Source: a virus. Taken from it: DNA of 64,000 nt. The position numbers and the translations under genes were made by a program. Positions 20,063 through 29,424 of the stretch are shown here, piece by piece. The stretch covers positions 1 to 64,000 of the IMG/VR virus record IMGVR_UViG_3300032236_000656, one strand, 5' to 3'. Position 1 is the first letter of the stretch; every line of letters begins with the position of its first letter. The notes below the pieces were generated by a model. It made no database searches and was not told the origin of the DNA. It saw only the letters and a program-made list of their open reading frames with translations.

Positions 20063-21202
20063 ATGCGAGCAACAGAATTTCTTACTGAAGAATATGATCC
20101 AACCAAAGCAAGAGTACCTCACCCTGAAGATGAGGTACTTATTGGTGGTTCAGTAGGTGCTAAATCAGCCATTGCTGCAATTAAGCAGATGGCAACAAAT
20201 CCTGAAACAATTAGTATTAAGCCAGACGGTAAACCTGCTTTAATTTGGGGAAGAGACGAAAAAGGATTTTCTCTTGTTGACAAACATATGTTCAAAGCAG
20301 GAACATTACCACGTAATCCTAATGAACTAGCACAAGTTTATTCTGCTCGTAAAGGTGGCGGCAGAGAAGATTTAATTGCAATGATGACTGCACTTTGGCC
20401 TCAGTTTGAAGCAAGTGTACCAAATAGTTTTCGTGGGTGGCTATTTGGTGACCTACTATACAGTCAAACCCCTCCAATTCAAAACAACAATTTTGTGTTC
20501 AAACCTAATACCGTTGTATATACAGTTGCTACTAATAGCGAATTAGGGCAGCAGATGGCAAAAAGTACATCTGGTATTGTTGTACATACATTCTTTTCAA
20601 AAGCACCAGGAATGGATCCACAAGGTCAATTTGTTGCTCCTCCAGGAAGACATATTAGTAAATTACCCGCAGCCATTAATAATAAAGGTCCATTATTAAT
20701 GATAACTGATCAATTCACAACTCCTCCTAGAGTTAAACTTCCGCCTGATCTAAAGTCTATTGAAAACTTTATTACTTCTAATGGTGCTGTAATGGATAAG
20801 TTCTTAGACGAAGCAACATTGACATCATTGAAGATAAAAGATCTTCCTTCATTGCTACAAGCATACGGCAATTATAGAGTTAAGCAACGTAATTTTGATA
20901 ATTTTGGTAGCGATTTTATTACTGATTTCTTAGCAAGCAAAAAAGTAAGTCCGCAAAAGATGAATAATATTCAAAAATATATCGAAGCAAATAGAGCAGG
21001 ATATAAAGTATTGTGTCAGGCATTTATTGGTATAATGCGTGTTAAGGATCATATTGTTAATAATCTAGACGCACACCCTGCTCAAATGCAAGCACATATT
21101 AATGATGTACCAGGGCAGGAAGGATATCTTGTTCATACTAAAACTGGTCTATTCAAAACAGTTGACCGCGCAAAGTTCAGTGCTGCTAACTTTGAACATT
21201 AA
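20063..21202 (+). CDS. Ligase/covalent nucleotidyltransferase-like protein, probable internal head protein
   Basis: KPDG (motif I), GDLLY, EGYLV and FKTVDR motifs; N-terminal MRATEFLTE tag; late promoter at 20053. Confidence 0.65.
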   Translation: MRATEFLTEEYDPTKARVPHPEDEVLIGGSVGAKSAIAAIKQMATNPETISIKPDGKPALIWGRDEKGFSLVDKHMFKAGTLPRNPNELAQVYSARKGGGREDLIAMMTALWPQFEASVPNSFRGWLFGDLLYSQTPPIQNNNFVFKPNTVVYTVATNSELGQQMAKSTSGIVVHTFFSKAPGMDPQGQFVAPPGRHISKLPAAINNKGPLLMITDQFTTPPRVKLPPDLKSIENFITSNGAVMDKFLDEATLTSLKIKDLPSLLQAYGNYRVKQRNFDNFGSDFITDFLASKKVSPQKMNNIQKYIEANRAGYKVLCQAFIGIMRVKDHIVNNLDAHPAQMQAHINDVPGQEGYLVHTKTGLFKTVDRAKFSAANFEH

Positions 21203-21229
21203 TAAATATATCATCAATCGGGCTTAATC

Positions 21230-24013
21230 ATGCGTGTAGAAGAACTTCATGAAGAAAATATTAAGAAAGTAGTTTTTACTTTTGGCCGATTGAACCCTCC
21301 ACATTTTGGACATCATGCATTAATCCAAACATTACAAAAAGAAGCACAGAAGCAAGGTGCCGATTGGTTCTTATTTGTCAGTGCTAAAACTGGCGATGAG
21401 AAGAATCCTCTTACATATGAACAAAAGATTTGGTGGATACAGGCATTATTTCCTGAGACTAAAGGACATATTGTCAATGATGCCAGTATCAAAACTCCAT
21501 TGATTGCTGCTACTTGGTTATACAAGCAAGGTTATCGTGCTGCTACCTTTGTTGCAGGCGAAGACGATATGTCCAGTTATGGAGAGATGATTAAAGGTGG
21601 CAATGCACATGGACAAAATAATCCAGATGCAGTTAAACAAGGTAAAGGATTTATTTTCAATCCATTAGACTTTGCTATTAGTCCACGTTTAGCCAGTGCT
21701 ACTAATGCTCGTAGAAATGTCACAGATGGTGATCCAGAAGCATTTGTTCGCAGTATACTTGGTCCTAAGATTAATCCGCGATTAGAAAAATTAGTGCATG
21801 ATCAATTGTATCCAACATTGCGTAAGGCAATGGGATTAAGTGAAAGCGTTGACGAAAGCGCAGAACTTAATAAGACTACTCCTAGTGTAAGAGATCTTGC
21901 TAAGAAGTATGCAACAGATCCTTCTACCATACATCATCAAGTCAACAGAGGTGTTAAGGTAGAATTTGAACATACAAACGACATCGAAGTTGCTACTGAA
22001 ATAGCAATGGATCATCTTGGTGAAAGATTGGATTACTACGATCTATTAGACAAGTTAGAGAAAACTCCAAAAAAAAAGTTTGGTGAAAACTTTGCTGATG
22101 GTAAAGGTCCGGGTAGACCAGGCGATAGTCAAAGACACAGTATCCCAAAAACAGTAGATGAAGCAATGTGGCCTTTCAAAAAGAAGAAAGCGCCAGAAAT
22201 GTCGGCGCCTAAGCGTTGGCCAGATCGTGATGATGATCTAGAACAATGGATGCGTGATAAGATTACACATTATAAGAGCAAAGGTTGGGATCCTGCTGTA
22301 TTCTTTAGTCCAGCTACTGGTGATTACTTCCCCATCTATTTCGCAACTGGCTTCAGATATAATGATGCTGCTAAACAAGCATACCGTAACATCAAGCGAG
22401 AGTTCCCAGATCTGGTCAAACGTGCTAGGGAAGAGATCAGCACTCCAATGGCAATGCGTATAAATCAAAGTAGAGTTGGTGATCACGAAGATTGGCCAGA
22501 AAATTCCCCTAGTGTATATGAGAACTTCGCTGATGGTAAAGGACCCGGACATCCTGGGGACAGTCAGCGTCATGGCATCCCAAAGAAAGCAACAATAGCA
22601 CAGTTAGAGAAAGCAAGTCATGCTAAAGGTCGTAAAGGACAATTAGCACGTTGGCAACTGAACATGCGTCGTGGTAAGAAGAAAGCCAATGAAGAAATAA
22701 CTAACGAAGTTGCAGATCAGCCATATCGTTTTATTTCACCAGTAAGTACTTCAACCACACAAAAATCTATATTCCAAACTGATGGCGGCGCAAGAATGCA
22801 GGTCGCCATTATGATACCTCAAAATTCTGATACTGCACATATTGGCTTTTATGATGCCACTGATCAAGATAATCCTACAATAGCAGTAACAGGCAAGGGA
22901 GATGCTTTCCGTGTGTTTGCTACTGTAGGTGCTATCGTAAAGCAGTTTGTTGACAAGCGTAAGCCACCCTACATTAATTTTGCTGGTAAGTCATCTGAAT
23001 CAGGTCGTATTAAATTATATGATATGATTGCCAAGAACATTGGTCGTTATCTACCAGATTATAAGTTGGTTGATACTGGCATGGTCTCAGGCGGTGATAA
23101 AGGATATGTGTTTCAGAGAGTAGCACAAGAAAGTGTAGTTGAAGAAAAGAAACCTAAAAAGCCAAAAACTATTATTGACGGTGCGTTAAAGACATTGATT
23201 GCTAAAGGCCGTAGCGAAGATGAAGCAATTGCTGATCTAAAGAAAGAAATCGACAGCAAGTTTTATGATTTGGATGAATGGTCTCCTATGGAGATAGCAA
23301 TTATGGAAGGTGGTCATCTATTGGATGATTACGATGAGAATTTAGAAGAAACACTTAAAAAAGTTAAAGGCAAGTGGGCTTTGGTCAGTAGACAAAATCC
23401 TAAAAAGGTGTTACAATACTATCATGGTAGTCAACATCCTAGCAAGGAATGGGTGAACAAAGTGGAACGCAGAGTTCATAGTTTTGAAAGTGTAATGGAA
23501 GATGATTCGGTTAAGCCTCGTGTTTACCTAGACATGGATGGCGTGCTTGCTGACTTCTTTGGAGAATGGTCAAGATTAGCAGGAGTTGATCATTATAAAG
23601 ATATTAACAATGCAGAGGAATCATTACAGTTAGTGAGAGATCATCCAACATTTTGGGTTGATCTTCCTATGCTGCCTCATGCAAAAGCATTAGTAAAAAC
23701 AGTTATCGAAAAGTATGGTGAATATAGAATTTGCAGTAAACCACTAGAAGGTGATGATCGCAGTAAACCCGGCAAGATGGCATGGATTAAGAAACACTTA
23801 AGTGACATGCCTCCTGTTGAAGTTGTATTAACTGCGGACAAAGCAAAGTATGCAATGCACGAAGGCGTGCCAAGTATACTTGTTGATGACTTTGGCGTTA
23901 ACATTAACGCTTGGAAGACATCTGGTGGTATTGGCATCAAGTATGATGACTCGGCATTTCCGCAAGTTGAAAAGATACTGGAAAAGATTGCCAAGTCTGG
24001 AGTTCTAAAATGA
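21230..24013 (+). CDS. Multi-module internal head polyprotein (HxGH nucleotidyltransferase, several small modules, HAD 5'-nucleotidase-like domain)
   Basis: FTFGRLNPPHFGH; GVKVEFEHT..EIAMDHL.E..DYY; VYLDMDGVLADF..LVDD; linkers such as LSESVDES and SFESVMED; late promoter at 21203. Confidence 0.75.
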   Translation: MRVEELHEENIKKVVFTFGRLNPPHFGHHALIQTLQKEAQKQGADWFLFVSAKTGDEKNPLTYEQKIWWIQALFPETKGHIVNDASIKTPLIAATWLYKQGYRAATFVAGEDDMSSYGEMIKGGNAHGQNNPDAVKQGKGFIFNPLDFAISPRLASATNARRNVTDGDPEAFVRSILGPKINPRLEKLVHDQLYPTLRKAMGLSESVDESAELNKTTPSVRDLAKKYATDPSTIHHQVNRGVKVEFEHTNDIEVATEIAMDHLGERLDYYDLLDKLEKTPKKKFGENFADGKGPGRPGDSQRHSIPKTVDEAMWPFKKKKAPEMSAPKRWPDRDDDLEQWMRDKITHYKSKGWDPAVFFSPATGDYFPIYFATGFRYNDAAKQAYRNIKREFPDLVKRAREEISTPMAMRINQSRVGDHEDWPENSPSVYENFADGKGPGHPGDSQRHGIPKKATIAQLEKASHAKGRKGQLARWQLNMRRGKKKANEEITNEVADQPYRFISPVSTSTTQKSIFQTDGGARMQVAIMIPQNSDTAHIGFYDATDQDNPTIAVTGKGDAFRVFATVGAIVKQFVDKRKPPYINFAGKSSESGRIKLYDMIAKNIGRYLPDYKLVDTGMVSGGDKGYVFQRVAQESVVEEKKPKKPKTIIDGALKTLIAKGRSEDEAIADLKKEIDSKFYDLDEWSPMEIAIMEGGHLLDDYDENLEETLKKVKGKWALVSRQNPKKVLQYYHGSQHPSKEWVNKVERRVHSFESVMEDDSVKPRVYLDMDGVLADFFGEWSRLAGVDHYKDINNAEESLQLVRDHPTFWVDLPMLPHAKALVKTVIEKYGEYRICSKPLEGDDRSKPGKMAWIKKHLSDMPPVEVVLTADKAKYAMHEGVPSILVDDFGVNINAWKTSGGIGIKYDDSAFPQVEKILEKIAKSGVLK

Positions 24014-24023
24014 GGAGCGTAAC

Positions 24024-24290
24024 ATGCGTTGCACCAATGATAGAGACTGGGATCAGATCCTTACAATATGGGAGAATTTCTCTCTAATAGAACCTATCAA
24101 TATAAAGACTGTGGAAATAAAACGCCAAGCAGTTGAATACTTGGGCATCGATAATCATCACAAATTAAACAAACACGAATTAAGATCCTTGTTAAGCAAG
24201 GCACATAAAATGAAAAACAGCACGAAAAAAGAAGAACGTGCTAGAGGGAACGAATTAGAAAAACAACTTCTAAGCGTTTTTAACTACTAA
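24024..24290 (+). CDS. Hypothetical protein
   Basis: SD GAGGAG; ORF. Confidence 0.55.
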   Translation: MRCTNDRDWDQILTIWENFSLIEPINIKTVEIKRQAVEYLGIDNHHKLNKHELRSLLSKAHKMKNSTKKEERARGNELEKQLLSVFNY

Positions 24291-24297
24291 GTAATTG

Positions 24298-24588
24298 ATG
24301 GAATCATTACTAAGAGTTAGAATTAAAGTACCCGAATCATCAACTAAAAATGGTAGATATAGACTTTGGCTTGATAAATTTATGTTGATCGAGCGTATAT
24401 ATCCTATTGAAATTGGCAGTTATCTTCAATTAGAAGAAATTGTTCATGTTAAATTATCCCCTGGCATACACCATATAAAGATTGAAAATTTAGAGTTGGA
24501 AACGCAAGCAATTATAAATGCTGTGGCAATTAATGATACAATATATCTCAATTTATCCACTTTAGTTCAATCTTTCGAATTACGATAA
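24298..24588 (+). CDS. Hypothetical protein
   Basis: ORF; TAAGTA late-promoter variant upstream. Confidence 0.55.
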   Translation: MESLLRVRIKVPESSTKNGRYRLWLDKFMLIERIYPIEIGSYLQLEEIVHVKLSPGIHHIKIENLELETQAIINAVAINDTIYLNLSTLVQSFELR

Positions 24589-24613
24589 ATATTTTCAACA
24601 CAGGATTTTCCAG

Positions 24614-25663
24614 ATGAACGAACGACACGTTAAACTCCTTACCCAGCGTTATGCCGTTGAACAGCGCATTCGTGAATTACAAAATACAACAATATCAGAG
24701 TCAAATAGATCAGCAGCAGATGCATTGCTTGCTAAACTTCATGCTACACTTGCTAGAATTAATGAAAGTTCTGAAGTTGTTGAACTCAGTATTCCTTCAA
24801 GAGATAATAGCAATGATCACGAAATGGGACATCACCATCAAGAACTAGATCATGAAGTAGATATGGCACGTGCAGAATTACATCGTGCTGCACATTCTGC
24901 TATTGCACTTGGAAAAATTCTTGAAAGAATTAGCGAAGAACAAGGGTTAGAAGGTTGGGTCCAGGCTAAGATTACCAAGGCTGCTGATTATCTAGACAGC
25001 GTATATCATTATTTAGAATATGAGATGAATGCCAGTCATGATGTTGATGAAGGTGTTGCAGCATATGGCCCCGGCGAAGATCCAAATGATCCACAGTCTG
25101 CAAAGCCTCAGGCTCCTGGTGCACCACAACAAAATCCAAATGCACAGCAGCCTGGACAACAGAGTACAACTCCTCCTGCAGGTGGCTCAACTCCTGGATC
25201 CACAAGTCCAGGTATGGTAAAGATGGCTAAGTTGGACGCACAAAAGAAACCAATTGGCACACCACTAATGGTCAAGAGTGCAGAAATTGCAGCAAAGCAA
25301 AAGCAAGGTTTCTTCGTTATTGGTGAAAGCAAAGAAGAAAAGAAAGTTGCACACTGTTCACAGTGCGGTAAAGGATTTAGTGCATCGGGTGTAGATGCAA
25401 AGTATAAGACTGGATTTAGTCATTGTAAAGATCATAAGGGTATGAAAGTAATTGCAGAAGATGCAAGTGCTGGTGCGAGTAGTGCAGGTTCAATGGGAGG
25501 AAGTCCGACTGGATTTGCAAGCGGTGGCATTGGGATGCAGAAGCGTAAGAAAAAGAAGATTGGTGAAGAGACTGTAGAAAATGATGAACCAACTTTTACA
25601 GGCTACTGGAAAGGCAAGGACAAAGGTAAGCCTGGCAAGAAGATGGTAGGAAGTAGTACATAA
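24614..25663 (+). CDS. Modular probable internal head protein (helical module, CxxC..HCxxH Zn-finger-like module)
   Basis: Late promoter at 24586; ISES/INES/VDEG/IGES/IAED linkers. Confidence 0.65.
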   Translation: MNERHVKLLTQRYAVEQRIRELQNTTISESNRSAADALLAKLHATLARINESSEVVELSIPSRDNSNDHEMGHHHQELDHEVDMARAELHRAAHSAIALGKILERISEEQGLEGWVQAKITKAADYLDSVYHYLEYEMNASHDVDEGVAAYGPGEDPNDPQSAKPQAPGAPQQNPNAQQPGQQSTTPPAGGSTPGSTSPGMVKMAKLDAQKKPIGTPLMVKSAEIAAKQKQGFFVIGESKEEKKVAHCSQCGKGFSASGVDAKYKTGFSHCKDHKGMKVIAEDASAGASSAGSMGGSPTGFASGGIGMQKRKKKKIGEETVENDEPTFTGYWKGKDKGKPGKKMVGSST

Positions 25664-26856
25664 TGCGAATTAACGAAGTAGCAACTTATTCATATATTGA
25701 AGAAACAAGCCAACTATTTCAGGCTCTTGCTCTTCGTCATACTATGCTAGTAGAGGGTCAACTAGACGAAGCAGGTGTGTGGGATATTGTTAAAGGAACA
25801 GTTGGCGGCGTAATGAAAGGCATTAAAACTGCCGATGATGCCATTAACAAACTTGGTCGTCTTGTTCAGCAAACTAAACCTGTTGAAGAATTTGATACTA
25901 AAGTTGATGCTGTTGTTGCTGATCTTAAACAAAAATTAGGTGCTAAATCTCCTAAAGCCGTTGCAACTGCTGAGAAGTATGCTGCTTGGGCTAAAGAACA
26001 TCCCATTAAACAAGGTCTTATCATTGGTGCATTAACTGCTATTGCTGCTCTTGCTGTTGGTCCTGGTGCCGCAGCGGCCGCTGGATTTATTCTTCGTGCA
26101 ACAAATGAATATATGAAAGGTGAAAAGGCATCAACTGCGATTGGCAAAGGTGTAAAGTCTGCGGCAGTTGGTGCTGCATTAGGTGCTCTTGCAAATGCTG
26201 CTATTCCTGAAATTGGAGAGATGTTTAAGTTAGCCAAACCTATATTAAAAGATGTACCTGGCTATAATGCATTAACAACATTTAATGCAACATATATATT
26301 TAACGGAAATCCGTTAGTTAACATTTCAAGAATGATGGATGATGATTCTATTAAAAAATATTATGCTCTTACTAAAGAATTAGATGCAGCATTAACTGAA
26401 ATGACTGCTTGGCATCAAGATGGAACTAAAGTTGGTCCTGAAAAAGCTCAACAAGCCTTGGCTAAAATTAAAAATTTCTTGAACAGCAAAGAATTAAACG
26501 AAAAAGTAGCAGACATACTAGCAAACAATGCTTCTGTAGTTGATAAACAGGCAGCGGCTCAAAAAGCTTACAATGCTGCCTTAGCAACTGCCACAACAAC
26601 TAATACTCAAATTGATAATGTAATAAAAATATTAAAACAAGTATCTACTGCTGGCGCTGCTGGTACAGCCGCTAGCGGATTAGCAGGAAAAGCAGCAGGA
26701 GCAGTTAAAGGTGCCGCTGGTGCTGCAAGAGATAAATTTAGAGACTTTGTTCCAAGTAAAACATTTAAAACTGTATCACAGCAAATTAAAGATCTACAGC
26801 CTGCTGACAAGCAGAAGTTAGTATCAATATTAAAGCAAGAACTCGCAACAGCATAA
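25663..26856 (+). CDS. Probable internal/ejected protein with hydrophobic helical hairpin
   Basis: MRINEV tag; LVEGQLDEA linker; GLIIGALTAIAALAVGPGAAAAAGFIL. Confidence 0.65.
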   Translation: MRINEVATYSYIEETSQLFQALALRHTMLVEGQLDEAGVWDIVKGTVGGVMKGIKTADDAINKLGRLVQQTKPVEEFDTKVDAVVADLKQKLGAKSPKAVATAEKYAAWAKEHPIKQGLIIGALTAIAALAVGPGAAAAAGFILRATNEYMKGEKASTAIGKGVKSAAVGAALGALANAAIPEIGEMFKLAKPILKDVPGYNALTTFNATYIFNGNPLVNISRMMDDDSIKKYYALTKELDAALTEMTAWHQDGTKVGPEKAQQALAKIKNFLNSKELNEKVADILANNASVVDKQAAAQKAYNAALATATTTNTQIDNVIKILKQVSTAGAAGTAASGLAGKAAGAVKGAAGAARDKFRDFVPSKTFKTVSQQIKDLQPADKQKLVSILKQELATA

Positions 26857-26869
26857 GGGAGTATCAATC

Positions 26870-27016
26870 ATGGCAAAGGCAATCAAAGAAGTAAAGTTAG
26901 AAAGAGTTAAGAATAATAAAGGCACAAGCCAAGGTATTGGCAACCTTAAGATGAGTTCAATGAATAAACATACAAAGCGCAGTTTTAAGAAATATAGAGG
27001 CCAGGGTAAACCATGA
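26870..27016 (+). CDS. Small basic protein (48 aa, not in ORF track)
   Basis: SD GGGAG; MAKAIK...SSMNKHTKRSFKKYRGQGKP resembles small basic proteins of T4-like phages. Confidence 0.7.
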   Translation: MAKAIKEVKLERVKNNKGTSQGIGNLKMSSMNKHTKRSFKKYRGQGKP

Positions 27017-28188
27017 GAATAAGTGAGATATTAGAAGCAAATTATTGGAAGGCAGACAAAACTTTTAGACAAAAGCGTTTGCCAACATTAGAGCCTGATC
27101 CAGTAGATAATGCTGAAAGATTTGATGCTGCTAAACATGATCAAGCAGATGATCACGGTCCAGAGATCGATGTTAACAATGCTCAAATGAGAGCAGCAAT
27201 AACTCAATTGTTATTGAAGTTACCACCAAGACTCGAACGTATTCTTAGAGAAAGATTCTTCTTAGATAAAACATTAGAAGAAATTGGTGCAAAATATAAT
27301 ATATCTCCAGGTAGAATTAGACAACTGGAAGCAAAGGCATTGAGACTGTTAAAGCATCCTAGTCGTTCTAAACAACTAAAGTCAATGCTACAAACCAGTA
27401 CTCAAGAAGCAGCCAACCCTGCACAACAAGCAGCCATTGCTATCAATATGAAAAAGCATGGTAAGAAGCCTAAAGATGACATGGACGAAGCCAAGCAACG
27501 CCTAGATCCAAAATGCTGGACTGGTTATCATAAAGCCGGTACTAAGATGAAGGGTGGCATCAGAGTTAATAACTGTGTCAAGGATGAAAGCATCAATGAA
27601 TTTGCCCCAGACGAAGGTCCAGAACGTGATGATGGCGGCAAGCCAGAATTCATGTCATGGGAAGACTTTGTTGCCGCAGTTGCTAATCTGACTAAGTCTG
27701 CTTTTGATGTTAAGATTGGTTTCAAAAATAAGAAACTAAACAAGACACAAGCAGCAGCAAAGTTTATTCCACACGATCCATTTGAATTTGGACCTGTATC
27801 CTTGTATGCTTTTAAGGATCGCAGACCTCCTTACCGTGTAGGTGTTAGGGCACATATGCAGATTGGTGCATACAGCAAACACGGAGAACAACTTCTTAGT
27901 CAGTATAAGATCCCGCAGAACAATCTACGCGAAGTCTTGATGACCCCTGCAAATGCAACCAGGATTGCTCATGCTATCATGCAGAATACTAATGGAGCAT
28001 TGAAGGAAAGTGTTGAAGAATCAAGCGGTCACATTCCTAAAAACGAAAAAGAAGCACATGATCCACGTTGGTCCAATGCTTTAACTGTTGATATTGGTCC
28101 TGGTGAAGATAAGAAACAAGCTGCTAAGTTTGGTTTTAAGGTAAGTAATAGTGGTCCACCCAAACTACGAGCAAATGGAAAATTCTAA
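27013..28188 (+). CDS. Modular internal head protein containing an RpoD-like sigma70 region 4 domain
   Basis: LPPRLERILRERF..KTLEEIGAKYNISPGRIRQLEAKALRLLKHPSRSKQLKSML; MRISEILE tag. Confidence 0.75.
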   Translation: MRISEILEANYWKADKTFRQKRLPTLEPDPVDNAERFDAAKHDQADDHGPEIDVNNAQMRAAITQLLLKLPPRLERILRERFFLDKTLEEIGAKYNISPGRIRQLEAKALRLLKHPSRSKQLKSMLQTSTQEAANPAQQAAIAINMKKHGKKPKDDMDEAKQRLDPKCWTGYHKAGTKMKGGIRVNNCVKDESINEFAPDEGPERDDGGKPEFMSWEDFVAAVANLTKSAFDVKIGFKNKKLNKTQAAAKFIPHDPFEFGPVSLYAFKDRRPPYRVGVRAHMQIGAYSKHGEQLLSQYKIPQNNLREVLMTPANATRIAHAIMQNTNGALKESVEESSGHIPKNEKEAHDPRWSNALTVDIGPGEDKKQAAKFGFKVSNSGPPKLRANGKF

Positions 28189-28541
28189 TGCGTGTTAAAG
28201 AAATTATGGAAGCAGTGATGTCGGTTGGTGTACAGTCTAAACATCCTATCAGCGCAGGTGCTCGTGGATTAATGGGCGCACGTTTTCGTTATGATCTTGC
28301 AGTTGAAAATAATGCAAACGACAGCGATAAAAATGCAGTTGATCAACTTGAACATAATTTAAAGTATATTCCAAAAACTGACTACGATCACATTGATATG
28401 CTAATGCAGACTATCTGCGAAAAATTTAGAATTGAACCTAAAAAATTGCATGATATGTTTATTCAAAAATTTAATTGCACTCCTGACGCTTATGCTATAA
28501 ACTATAAGAAGTCAAGAGAAGGTCAGCCAAGAAAGATCTAA
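28188..28541 (+). CDS. Probable internal head protein
   Basis: MRVKEIMEA tag; coupled ORF. Confidence 0.6.
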   Translation: MRVKEIMEAVMSVGVQSKHPISAGARGLMGARFRYDLAVENNANDSDKNAVDQLEHNLKYIPKTDYDHIDMLMQTICEKFRIEPKKLHDMFIQKFNCTPDAYAINYKKSREGQPRKI

Positions 28542-28560
28542 CCCTTGACATAAAGGGTTA
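28539..28560 (+). terminator. Hairpin at the end of the internal-protein operon
   Basis: taaccctt-gacata-aagggtta 8-bp stem. Confidence 0.4.
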
Positions 28561-28564
28561 ATAT

Positions 28565-29101
28565 ATGTTTTGGTCTACTAAAAATTCAACAGTTTATAGT
28601 TATCCTAGCCCCAATATAGCATCACCTTCTACTGTTACTGTTACAGGAGGGGGCGGTGGCGGTTCATCCGGAATAGTTGCTATCCCAGCATCCAGTATAG
28701 TCAACACTGCTACTGGCAGTACAGGACTTTCAGGACAATATTTAGGTACAAGTGGATGGACTTCAGTCGTTTCTTCATCATCTAATCTTTCACAAGGCAG
28801 TATTACAATATCAGGTAATATTGTTTTAGATAATGATGTTGCAATAATTAATACCAAAAAGCATAAAATTGACATCGATAAGGTATACGAAAATTTACAG
28901 ATCATAAACGAAATGTTTCATGTCATTGTACCAGATTTCAATAAATTCGAAAAGCATCCTACATTAATGGATGCATTTGTGCAATATGATAGTGCAAAAC
29001 ATATAGAACCACGCTATAATAGCGAAGAATTCAAAGCAGCATATCATCAATTTAAGTTGCTAGAAGCATTACTAACAGAGGAAAAAAATGACAACTCGTA
29101 A
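28565..29101 (+). CDS. Hypothetical protein with Ser/Gly-rich N-terminus
   Basis: ORF. Confidence 0.6.
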   Translation: MFWSTKNSTVYSYPSPNIASPSTVTVTGGGGGGSSGIVAIPASSIVNTATGSTGLSGQYLGTSGWTSVVSSSSNLSQGSITISGNIVLDNDVAIINTKKHKIDIDKVYENLQIINEMFHVIVPDFNKFEKHPTLMDAFVQYDSAKHIEPRYNSEEFKAAYHQFKLLEALLTEEKNDNS

Positions 29102-29360
29102 TTTTAACGCAGAAGAAAAGGCCAAGTTGAAGAATCTCATCAGCGAGAGTTCAACAGTTATGACCGAAGTTGAAACATTAACTGAGGGCCTAAATGATAC
29201 CATTAAGCACATTGCTGAAGAAATGGAAATTAAGCCAAGTTTGCTTAAGCGAGCAATTAAGATGGCACAGAAGCGCGATTATGATCGTGTGCGTGATGAT
29301 CTTGATATGATTGAAAGCATCTTAAACAGCACAGATAATCTACGTCACGAGGACGAATAA
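29088..29360 (+). CDS. dsDNA-binding protein (T4 DsbA-like)
   Basis: 90-aa helical protein, LNDTIKHIAEEMEIKPSLLKRAIKMA; located just before the polymerase. Confidence 0.65.
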   Translation: MTTRNFNAEEKAKLKNLISESSTVMTEVETLTEGLNDTIKHIAEEMEIKPSLLKRAIKMAQKRDYDRVRDDLDMIESILNSTDNLRHEDE

Positions 29361-29369
29361 GTACACACA

Positions 29370-29424
29370 GGTCGCCGACCTTATTCGGCATGTAGCGGCA
29401 ATGCTGGCCCTAAGCAGCGAAGGA
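29370..29424 (+). promoter_or_regulatory. Structured 5' leader upstream of the DNA polymerase gene
   Basis: GC-rich intergenic segment with several stems and a GCAA tetraloop, abutting SD AAGGA. Confidence 0.45.

Noticed and set aside
28545-28575. TTGACA as a promoter for the 28565 gene
   Set aside because: No -10 element at a 16-18 nt spacing; the hexamer lies within a hairpin.
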